Assembly: GCA_028534125.1 (NCBI GenBank)
Contig: CM052818.1
Coordinates: 2,730,001-2,794,000 of the forward strand
From: Lama glama
Taxonomy: Eukaryota
Direction: 5' to 3'
DNA length: 64,000 bases
A program made the position numbers and the translations under genes. Positions 12,280-23,400 of the stretch are shown here, in pieces; the first letter of the stretch is position 1; every line of letters starts with the position of its first letter. The notes beneath the pieces are model-generated. The model saw only the letters and a list, made by a program, of their open reading frames with translations. It was not told the DNA's origin and did not search any database.

Positions 12280-13843
12280 TTGGTGTTTTCTGACATCACT
12301 TCTGGCACCAAATGCGTGGTATTTTCTGAAACCAACCAATACTCCGACGTCAGCTGGGTGTCCTACAATTCGATTCAATTCAGCTCTGACACTCACCCCT
12401 GGAGTCAGCGCAGACCCTGCAGGTTAAGGGCTCAGTCCCGCAAGACTGCCCCACTTCAGGTGCCACCTGCAGGCAGGGTCTCTAGGAGACCACACTTCTG
12501 CTCAGCCAACTCCAAATCTGGGGGTCCCCATGACCCCTCTCAGGTGGATTATTCACTAGAATGACTCACAGAACTCAGGAAAACACCGTAATGCTATACA
12601 GGCTATGATGAAGGATACACGGAAGAGCCCGGTGAAGAGGTGCAGAGGACAGGGTCCAGAAGGATCCGGAGCAGAGCAGCCCCTGGCCCCATGGAGCTGG
12701 GGCGCGACAGCCTTCTGGTACGTGGATGTGATCACCAACCGGGAAACTTCTTGAAAGCTCCTCGAATCTCTCTCGTTGTTTGCGAGCTTTTATAACCCAG
12801 TAAGAGAGATGAGAGTTTGGTCTTTCTGGGACTATGTTCCATCCTGAGACCATCTAGGGGTCTATTCTGAGTCCCCTCGTTAGCATAGACTCAAGTGTAG
12901 TGGAAACGGGTTTGTTTGAATAACAAAAGACACTTCCATCACTCGGAAAATTCCAACGGTTTTAAGAGTTCTGTTCTAGGGACTGGGACAGAGGCCAAAT
13001 ATATATATATATATTTTTTTTCATTTATTTTTATTTTTTCAAGCTTGAGTCTTGTATTTTTATTTATTTATTTTAATTAAAAAAATTTAAAATTTTATTT
13101 TATTGAGTTATAGTCAGTTTACAATGTCGTATCAATTTCCAGTGTGGGGCATAATTTTTCAGTCATACATGAACATACATATATTCATTTTCATCTTCTT
13201 TTTCACCGTGAGCTACCACAAGATCCTGTATATATTTCTCTGTGCTACACAGCTTAAACTTGTTTATCTATTCTATATATACCTGTCGGTATCTACAAAT
13301 TTTGAACTCCCAGTCTGCCCCTTCCCACCTCCCTCCCCGCTGGCAACCACAAGTTTGTATTCTATGTCTATGAGTCTGTTTTTGCTTTATATTTAAGTTC
13401 ATTTGTCTTCTTCTTCTTCTTCTTTTTAAATTCCACATATGAGCGATCTCATATGGTATTTTTCTTTCTCTTTCTGGCTTTCTTCACTTAGAATGACATT
13501 CTCCAGGGACATCCATGTTGCTGCAAATGGCGTTATGTTGTTATTTATTATGGCTGAGTAGCACTCCATTGTATAAATATACCTCATCTTCTTTATTCAG
13601 TCATCTGTCGATGGACATTTAATTTAAGGTTTTTGTTGCAGTATAGTTGATTTACAATGTCGTGTTAGTTTCTGGTGTGCGGTGTAGTGATTCACTTACA
13701 CATATTCTTTTGCATATTCTTTTTCATGATAGGTTATTTATTACAAGCTGCTGAATACAGTTCTCTGTGTTATACACAGTAGGAGCTTGTTATTTATCTA
13801 TTCTGTATATAGTAGTTTGCAAATACATTTTTTATTCTATCAC
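12280..13843. mobile_element. MER21-like ERV LTR with L1 fragments inserted near its end
   Basis: tacaattcgattcaattcagctctgacact...caggttaagggctcagtcccgcaagactgccccacttcag resembles MER21; its terminus (caaata..ttttattctatcaca) reappears after the L1 block. Confidence 0.65.
13010..13819 (-). mobile_element. Two adjacent L1 3'-end fragments
   Basis: T-rich tails, two copies of the ttacaatgtcgt 3' UTR end, and ORF2-end sequence catccatgttgctgcaaatggc. Confidence 0.85.
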
Positions 13844-14285
13844 AAACCTGAGGTCCTGAGCAGGCAGTGAGTCACCTCAGTCCTTCCTTTGACCTGCAAA
13901 CGTCTGCTCCACCAGCCCAGCCCCTTCCCTTGTCTGACCTCCTGTTACTTGATAGGGTCTGAGGCTAGGATTAAGTTAGCCATAGTCACAAAGATGTTTT
14001 TTCTCCCTGCAAAGCTAAGAAGGAACCCCTGATCCCCTCCTAGGTGACTGGTGCAAAGGTGTCTGTGACTCTGGGGCAGAGGCTGGTGTTTGGGGCTGCA
14101 GTGGAGTGTGAAGTGGGGGGAGGATGGGCCTGAGGGGAGGGCAAGGGAGGAGGGAGAGGATGGGGGGGAGGTGGCGCCTGGCGCCTGGGAGTCCTGAGGG
14201 GAAGGGCCCAGATGAGATGCTTCTGCAGAGTCAGCAGGGGAGGGAGGCAGAGCTTCGCGAATGGTTAGAACTGACGACCCAGACG

Positions 14286-14292
14286 TATATAA
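14286..14292 (+). promoter_or_regulatory. Candidate TATA box of CLEC4F
   Basis: TATATAA about 110 nt upstream of the ATG in an otherwise G-rich context. Confidence 0.6.
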
Positions 14293-14396
14293 GTGTGAGT
14301 ATCTCTGCGGTTTTACTTCCCACCACCACCGGCCCACAGCACGGCCCTCAGGAGCCCGCGACGGGAAGCAGCCCCTGGAGGAGGGAGGAGGCCGAG

Positions 14397-14457
14397 ATGA
14401 GTGGTGACGAGGTCCGCTTCTGCACAGACAGCCAGAGTGTCTCCCTCTGCTCCCAAG
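14397..14457 (+). CDS. CLEC4F: CLEC4F exon 1 (cytoplasmic tail)
   Basis: MSGDEVRFCTDSQSVSLCSQ, CCCAAG|gtgaga. Confidence 0.9.
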
Positions 14458-17400
14458 GTGAGAAAATGATCTGCCCCAGCCCTCGGCCAGTCTTCTCAGC
14501 CCCTGCCTGGCAGGCCCTGGCTGTCTCAGCCTCCAGGGTGAACAGGTCTGGAGAAGGAGGGTTGGGGGACGGCAGAGAGCCCCCAGCCCACACCCCATCT
14601 CCACGTGAAATCTCCCCAGACCCTTTCCCATGAAGATGGCAACCTGGCAGGGCAAAGAGTGGACTTTGAATTCAGGGGGACCTGGTTTTGTACCCCGTCT
14701 CTGCACACTAGGCTGGCCCCGTGAGGCCTCAGGGGTTCCACCTTCGAGTGGATTTCCCTGTGCTATCAGCCCCCCGACTCCCAGGCACAGCCCTTCTTAG
14801 GACACCCTTAGGGGGGCTTTCTGACCCAGCCGGAGGAGGCTCCAGGGCTGATCCATGGCAGCTTGTTGGGGCAGTGGCAGGCCCCAAGGGCCATGAGGCT
14901 TGCTCCGGTCAGGATTCACAGAGCAAGGTGGGCCCTGGGACTCCGTGGTTAAAGCTCCTGCTGTGTCTCTCCCTCCTTCCTTTCTGCTTTCATTCAGATG
15001 ACCCCTTTGTTGACCCCTCCTCTGTGCCAGGCTCGTGCCCTGCACACATCCTGCAGGTTCGGGGCTGTGGGCTTCTCTTAGCCTCTGAACTGCTACCACG
15101 CCCCGTACAAGCCCTGGGGAATGTTTCCAAGCACTCAGGGCCCTCCTCCAGGGTAGGCATGGTGACTGTCCTCAGCCCCTTGGACAGGCCGAGAGACTGA
15201 GCCCGTCCAGCCCGCACAGTGCACTCTCCTTCAGAATCCTGCTTCCCCCTGGGCAGGGCTGGACTCCGCGGCAGTGACTCCTGCAGCCTCCAAGATGCCC
15301 CGGCGTTTGTGGGCCACCCTGGCCTTTGTGGCTGTGACCCTTGTCTCCTCTCTTGTGGCTCTCTTTGTTGTGGGTAAGCTCCCAGGTGACCTGAACCCCA
15401 CCGACTCTCTCCTTCCGGCATAAAGGCCCCAAAGAGCCACAGATGCACCCCCTCTGCTCCCAGAAGGGCAGCTCCCCTCCAGTCCCAGGCCCAAACCAGA
15501 GCTCTCCTGGCACCCGACTGAGGCCGCTGTCCAACGTCCCCGGAGATGAGGCCTGTGAGGGGAACTTGGTGGGGGGTTGGTTGGTACCGTCTCCCCTCCT
15601 TCTGGAACCCTGACTGGGGGTGGGGCAGACTGCTCCCCCAGGATCAGTGCTGAGGGGCTGTGTTGACCCAGGAATGGGGTGTCTCAGTTCTACAGAACCC
15701 AAGACCTGCACTGGAGGCCTCCTTCCAAACGTTTCAAGCCAGGGTTCCTGGAGGCAGCAGTTCTGGGCAGTTTCCCAGGGAGCCGGACCGTGAGTAGCCA
15801 CAGTGGAGGGGGTGGGAGCCAGGGCCTGTGGGTGCCCAGACCCCAGAACACGCTTCCCCCGATACCCTGAGGCCCTTGAATGGGTTCCATCTCCTCCAAG
15901 AAAGGCATTACCTTTTTTTTTTTTTTTAAGAAAACAGCTTTCTTGAGATATAATAGATACATAATAAAGTGTGCAATCTTGTAAGTTTTGACACATGTAT
16001 AAACCCATGAAACATCATCGCAATCAAGACAATGAACATATTCAACCTCCTCCCCCAAAGTTTACTTTTACCCTTGGCAATCCTTCCTCTCTGCTCCGCC
16101 CTCATTCCCAGACAGTTGCCACTCATCTCCTAGCTGTAATACAGATTGCTTGGCTTTTCTAGAGTTTTCTATAAAAGGATCTTTAGTATGTATTCTTTTT
16201 TTGACTTTCATCAGTCATGTGATTTGCACATTTTTTCTCCAAGTCTGTGGTTTGCCTGTCTTTTCTCTTAACAAGATTTACACTTCGATAAAGTCTAATT
16301 TATCCATTTTTAGTTCTTTTATGAATTGTCCTTTTGGTCTTGTATCTAAGAAATCTTTACCTATCTCAAGGTCACAAAGACATTCTCCCATGTTTCTTTC
16401 TGGAAATTTTTATAGTTTTCGGTTTTACATTTAGGTCTACGATTGACTTTGAGTTAATTTTTGTATAATGGTGCAAGGTATAGATTGAAGTTCATTTCTT
16501 CTTTTTTGCATGTGGTTATACAATTGTTCCAGCGCCATTTGTTGAAAAAGTTATCCTTTCTCCATGAATTGCCTTTGTATCTTTGTTGAAAATCAATTGT
16601 CCGTACACGTGTGGATTCTCTCTTCTGTTCCATTGAGCAAGGCCTTTCTGGTCTTACCTCAGCATAATGGCTGAAGTTTCACACGCCTACCAGGTAGAGC
16701 TTTAGAAATAGGGCAGGAATCCTCTGGAAAGGGTGCTTGTCTACTTGAGTTCTTCTCCCTATTCCTGAAAGGAGACTGGAATCAAGAGCCTCCCACCATG
16801 AGCGTCTGAGTTGACGTTCTAGCTCACGAGACGCACAAAGGATGCTAGTGGGACCAAGGGCAGCTGCAGATGGGTTTGGTGGGAAAGACCATGCAGACGA
16901 AAGGGGCTACAGAGATTCTCCTTGAATGACCCCAAGGACCAAGGCTTTTCACTCAGGTCTCCCATATCCTCAAATGGTTCTGCAGGGACCTGTGTCCTAT
17001 GTAACATTGGGGGGGGCAGCCCTTTAAAGGGCCATTGCGGCTCAGGGTCTGTTATCACCTGGAGGGCTTGTACCATAGCCCCGTGGTTGAGCAGAGTGCT
17101 TCCTCCATGGGCACTTATTTTGTTTGGCTTGTGACTCTTTCCCTCCATGGATTTGTGATCAGAAAATGTCTATGTTTGTGGTCTACATGGTTTTTATGAA
17201 GTAACAACAGTGAATCAAGAGTCTTTGTGCTTGTACAAATGTAGCATAGGACTAAACGTGGGCTCTAATCATATCTGTCTTCTTTGCCGTAATGACCTAA
17301 TGGTGCTAATGGTGACACTGCAGTGGAATTAATTGTCAAGAGCTCTAAATGATACAATCGGTTACTTTCAAGTTCAATTATATTGGCCAAATCATCCAGT

Positions 17401-20400
17401 GGGCAAGTATTTCAGTCCTTCTGCTCCTGAGTTCATGTGGGATAGCTAAGTAGGTCTTCATTTCGTTTTGGGGTTCACATTCTCAGGTGGCCCATCCCCA
17501 GGGTCTGGGTGGCTATGGGGAGCAGCAGGCTACTTGAGGAAAACTCAGGGTCGTGCCGTAGACACTTCCCTTGGAAGCTGTCAGCACGTTCTGGCTGGCC
17601 TCTATCATGAATGCCCCGCTATGTAATGGGCATCTCTGGCTGCCTTCTCCATTTCCTCTCTCCAGATCCCTACCACCTTGACAGGGTAGCAGAATTGCAA
17701 GAGGCTGTCCAGATGTGCAGAGGACACGTGGAGAATTCCAGCGCCTGGAGCTTGGAGATCCAGATGTTGACGTGCAGAGTGGACAACGTCAGTTCTCAGA
17801 TCCAGAGGCTCGGGGGTCGCCTAGACAACGCCAGTGCTGACATCCAGATGGTCAAAGGCCTCCTCAAGGATGCCCACACCTGGAGTTTCCAGACCCAGAT
17901 GTTAAGGAGTTCCTTGGAGGGGACCAGTTCTGAGATCCAGAAGCTAAAGGGAGACCTGGAAGAGGCAGAGGCTGTAAATTCTCAGACCCAGAGTTTCTTA
18001 AAAAGCAGTTTAGGAAACACTAGCATGGAGCTCCGTCTGTTAAGCAGAAGCTTAGATGATGTCGACACGGAGATCCAGGTGTTGAAGGCCGGGTTGGAAA
18101 CAGCAAATGCTCAGATCCTGTTGGCAAACAGTAACTTACAGAATGCTAGTGCCCAAATCCATGTTTTGAGAGGCCATCTGGACGGCATTGATGATTTAAG
18201 GGCCCAGCAGCAGGATGTTAGACGTGGTTTGGAAGGAGCCACTAGTGAGATGCAGAGGCTAAAGGAAAGTCTGCAAAACACGAACGCTGTAAACTCCCAG
18301 ACCCAGACCTTTATAAACGGCAGTTTAGACAACACCAGTGCTGAGATCCAGGCACTAAGAAGTCATTTGGAAAGGGCTGGCCATGAGCTTCATTTGCTAA
18401 GAAGAGATTTGGAAACGGCCACTGCCCAGACCCAAAGAGCAAACGGTCGCCTGGAACAAACAGATGCTCAGGTGCAGGTTTTACAAACCCAGCTGGAAAA
18501 TGCCGCTGCCTTAAAGCCTAAGATTCAGGTATTAAATGGTCAGCTGAGGGATGCCAGTCGAGAGATAGAGACCCTAAAACAAGGCATGAGGGATTCTGCA
18601 GCCCTAAATTCCAAGACCCAGATGTTAGAGAGCCAGCTGCAGAAGGCCAGCGCTGAGATCCAGAAGTTAAAAGGGGATTTAAAGAACACCAAGACACTGA
18701 CTACGAAAATCCAGGAGATGCAGAGTAGCCTGGAGACCCTCCGTGCAGCCTCTGCTTCGCTGGAGCAGAAACAGAGGACCCGAAGTAAGTGGGGGAGAGG
18801 AGAGGGCTGGGGAGGGCAGAGGCTCTCCCCAGCCCCCTCCTTTGGCTTTCTTCAACATGCACTCTGCTGGGAAGGAGTGTGGAAGGGCCAGATCCAACCA
18901 AAGGCAGCATAACCGCTGCTCTCAAGTTGCTTACTGCATGGCCAGAGGGGCAAAACAAAACTTTGGGAAACAAACGATGTCTGGTGGAGGTGTCTAAGGG
19001 GGCTGGATTGTGTTAGGGGAACCAGACAGCCTTCTTTCCAACTCTCTGCTATCCCAAATACGGAGCTTGGTTCAACTTCTCTGAGCATCACTTTTCTCAT
19101 CTACAAAGTGGGGACGATAATACTGGTTTCACAGTGAGGATCAAATGAGTTAATGCATATAAAGCATTTAACAAAGTACCCAGCATTCATGCAATCATCT
19201 GACAAAAATATTTTGACGTCCTGTTATGTGTCAGGGGCATAAAGATGAACAAGCTGTGAAACACACAGACGGGTAGAGCAAGCGGCCTTACACGAGAGAC
19301 ATGTGGAGAGACATAAGAGGCATTATGTTAGGAGCCGGTCTAAAAACTGGGGGTGGGGAGGAGCCAAAAGAAGAAGAAGAAGAGATCTTCTGGGGGCTGA
19401 TGTCCTCTGGTGTAGAGAAGGATCTTCTGTTGGGGGGGCTTCAAGGAGGTTGACTAGATGGGTCTCCCGACTGAGCCAGGGAGTAAAAGAGGAAGAAGAG
19501 CAGTGAGATTTGGACATGCTGAGTCTGCAAGGTTTTGGGGATAGTCAAGCGGCTGTCATCTGCGGGCTGTCGGGAGCGCAGGAGAGAGGCCCTGCTGCAG
19601 ACAGGGATGTGGGAGTCCTGGGCATGCTGGCTCTGGTGTGGCAGTGGGAGCGGGGGCGTTTGCCTGAGATAAGAAACTTCGTGAGAAGAAGGCTGGGGGC
19701 CAAAATAGGAAGTCAATCTTCAGGTGGCAAGAAGGAAAAGAGGTGTTTTTGGAGGCTGGAGAAGGCAGTCTTAGAATCAGCAGGAGAGCTGGGACATGTG
19801 CTGGTGGAGAAGACAAGGAAGGAGGGAATTCCAAGAAGGGAGTGGCTAGTTCTGGCAAATATCTGAGAGAGGCCGGGTAAAAAACCAATAAGCATCCACT
19901 AACTCCGGGCAACTAGTAAGTCACTGGAATAAAGTTTCAGTGGAGCGTTGTATGCGGCCTGGAGGCCAGAACACGGTCAGCGTGGCAGGAATGAGAGATC
20001 AGGTGCCCAGGTCATTCAAGGACCTTGGCTGAGAAGAGAGGGACAGAGATGAGGCTGAGGTGATGGGGATGGAAGGGGGGAAGGAGGGATTAAAAACAAC
20101 CTGTATCATCCACATTTATATCACAAAACTTACGTATTAATTATAGATAGCGTGGCAAATACTGAAAAAGGGAAAGATGAGAATATGACCACTTGTATTT
20201 CCATAAAAACTGTCCATTTTTAAAAATAAGAACCCACTGCTAACATTTTGGTGAACTTCCTCGAGAGGGTTTTTCTGGATCAGCATAGGCTTGATCTGAG
20301 GTAAGAAAAAGGAACCAGCAAAGAGGAAGGAGGTTGAAGGAGAGAGAGAGAGGAGAGGAGGACCGCATCGCTGAGTGATTGGCCTTGAGGGGTGGGGACA

Positions 20401-23400
20401 GTACTTGAACTTCTGAGGCTGGGAGGGGAGGAGGTGTGGAAGCAGATGTCCACCCAGGTTTGCAGATGCGGCCACTTAGAACTGAGGGAACTGATATCCA
20501 GTGGTGTCTCTGTAGCTAGAGGAGGAGGCCCCTGGTTAAGGGTGAGAGAGGAAGTAGGGAGCGGGGAGGGAGGGGGTGGTTTGGAGCAGCTGCTAACGAG
20601 ATGGGGCTGACGGATGAGGGGCTTGGCAGACAGCACTGAGGATCCACTCTGTCAGAAGCCCGGACGTGTTCCCCTCTTTATGCCTCTCCTATGCCCCTCT
20701 GCTGTCTAACTCCTGTGTCTTCCTACAGCTTTGCTATAGACTGGTGTTTTTCCACCATGGGGGGCATATTGGACCCACTCATTAAGATTTTAAAAAATGA
20801 TGCCTGGAACCCACCCTCAGAACTCTTGACTTTTTTTTAAAGGAGGGTCTGGGATGCAGCCTGGGCATCAGAATTTTTTTAAAAACTCCCTATGTGGTTC
20901 TAATGGGCAGCGAGGGCTGAGAACCATTAGTTTAACTTTTTCTTAGAGGGCCAAGCGGTAGATATTTTGGACTTTTGGCTGCACGGTGTCTGTTGCAACA
21001 TCTCTGCTATTGGAATGATAAAGCAGCCAAAGACAATGTGTAAATTAAAAGGCGTTGCCATGTTCCAATAAAACTTTATTTATAAGAAGAAGCTGCTGGC
21101 AGGCAGTAGTTTGCCAAGCCTCGGTTTAGACCACTGGTCCTCAGACTTTGGAGTGCATCAGAATCACCTGGAGAGTTTGTTAAAACACAGATTGTCAAAA
21201 AAACAATTTTGGATTCAGCTGGTCTGGGGTGAGTCTGAGAATCTGCTTTTCGACCAAATTCCCAGGTGCTGCTGATGCTGCCAGTCCGGGATGACACTTT
21301 GAAAGCCCCCGGTTTACATGCTCACCACCCATTATTCAAACACTTGCAGTTGTATCGCACCTGTTCAGCCTCCACACTGTCACTAGGTTGACATTTTTAC
21401 AGTGCAAGTCTGAGCATATCACCATCCTTCTTAAAACCCTTCATGGCTTTCCATTGCTCACAGAACAAACAAACAAACCAACCAACCCAAACTCCTATAC
21501 ACAGGATGCATGATTTAGTGCTGGTGAACCCATTCACGTTCATCTCCCAACCCTTGTGCACTGACCATACCAAGTATTTGAACAGATCAGGCTGTGCCAT
21601 GCTCTTTCACACCTTTATGCTTTGCGACAACTCTTTCCTCTGCCCGGAATGTTCTCCTTGGTGCTGCCCACCTGGCAAACTCTTCCTCAGTCTTTCAAGA
21701 CTCAGCTCAAGTGACCTCTCATGGAGAGTGTCCTTCCTGAGTCCCACTTCCAGCCCAGGCAGGACAGACCACACCCTCTTTCGTGCCTCTATTCTGACAT
21801 ACAATGGTTTTCAATCAATGCATCTGCGACACTTTTTTTTTTGATGCATTTTGTTTTTTTTTCTTCTAACATCTGTTTCGTTTGCTAGACAGTAAGTTTC
21901 TTGAGGGCGTGAATCATGTCTTACTGATCTTTGTATAACAGTCCCTGATTCGTAGATGGTAAGGAATGTGGAACAGAAGAAATGAGTGAATAAGTGAGTC
22001 TGTCGTGGCACCATTTCAAACAGCTGTGATACAGATGATGATGGTTAAGAGCAGAGGTGTCACAGCAGGGAGGGTTGAAACAGCGGAAAGAATCAGGGCT
22101 GGTGCTCATGGGGTGAGCTGTTAGGGTCTGAAGCTGTGAGGTTAGGCAGACCAGGGGGTGACAAAGGTCCCGAGTGGGGTCCTGTGTGTGGGCAGCTGAC
22201 GGGGATGGAGACCAGGTCAAGGAAATGAGTGATGCTACAGGATGGCTGTGAAATCCCCCAGGGAAAGGGCAGGAATAGGGTGTAGAGGACTGTCAGGTGA
22301 TGGTAGTGAGTTGGGAAAGAGGGTGGTGGTATAGCCAGGAAGCAGGAGTCTCGAAAGAGTGATGCTGGGAGGCAGGGCTGTCTGAATGTCCTCAGGGTGA
22401 TGGAGCCAGACGTCCCGAGCTGATGTCTTCTGGTGTATTGGGTAGTCGCTGGGCGAGCGGCCTCCCAGACCTTGTCCCTGTGGCACTGGGCGTCGAGCAT
22501 CGCATGGGCTTGTGACCCTTGGTCCCTGGAGAGATGGGGAGCTGCAACCAGCTCCTGGTTCTCTCTCCTCCCCAACCTTTGCTCCAGATCAACTTCTCCA
22601 GCTGATCCTGCAAGGCTGGAAGTCCTACAATGGGAACTTGTATTACTTTTCTATTGCCAAGAAGTCCTGGCACGAGGCCGAGCAGTCCTGTGTGTCCCAG
22701 GGAGCCCACCTGGCCTCGGTGACCTCCGAGGAGGAGCAGGTCAGAGCCGCGGGCTTGCGGCGGTGCGGGATCGGGGACTTTGGGGCTTTGGCCTTCCCCC
22801 CCGGAGCGGCCGTGGCAGAGACCCGTGCGTCACCTCCGCCAGTCGGGGCGCAAATGTGTATTGCGTTCTTACGAGCATCTTGTCTGGAGGTACAAGCACT
22901 GCCCGCAAACCCCAATGTCCCCAGTGAACGAGGGAGACACTAGAGGAGTCAGCAGTGCAGAAGCACAGGGAGGGGGCACCACGTGATGGCCCTTAACGCG
23001 CTGGACGCCTGCTTCCCTCCCCACCCCCCCATTTTCCTCTCAGTCTCCCTTTCTAGGGGTCAGTCTTGATTTTAATGTCAGTCCATCTAATGGCTGTGGA
23101 AGGCCCATGAGCAGAAGACCCAGGCTTCCTGGGAAGGCCAGACACACGTAAGAGTTTGAGGACCACCAAAGGCAGCATAGCCCCGCAGTGGCCCACAGGT
23201 TAAAGGCTCTTACCAGAATTTACTAGGGTTATTGACAAGGGACCCCTATAGTTTTCGTCAAATTCATTTTATAGACTTGCCCGTCTCTTGTGGTTCTCCT
23301 GAGACTGTTCTCGTATGTCTGTGAAAGGATATGCTATTTTATAAAACATACCTTCTTAAAAAAATCATGGCCAGGTCTGTCTTAATCCCAATAAAGCCAC

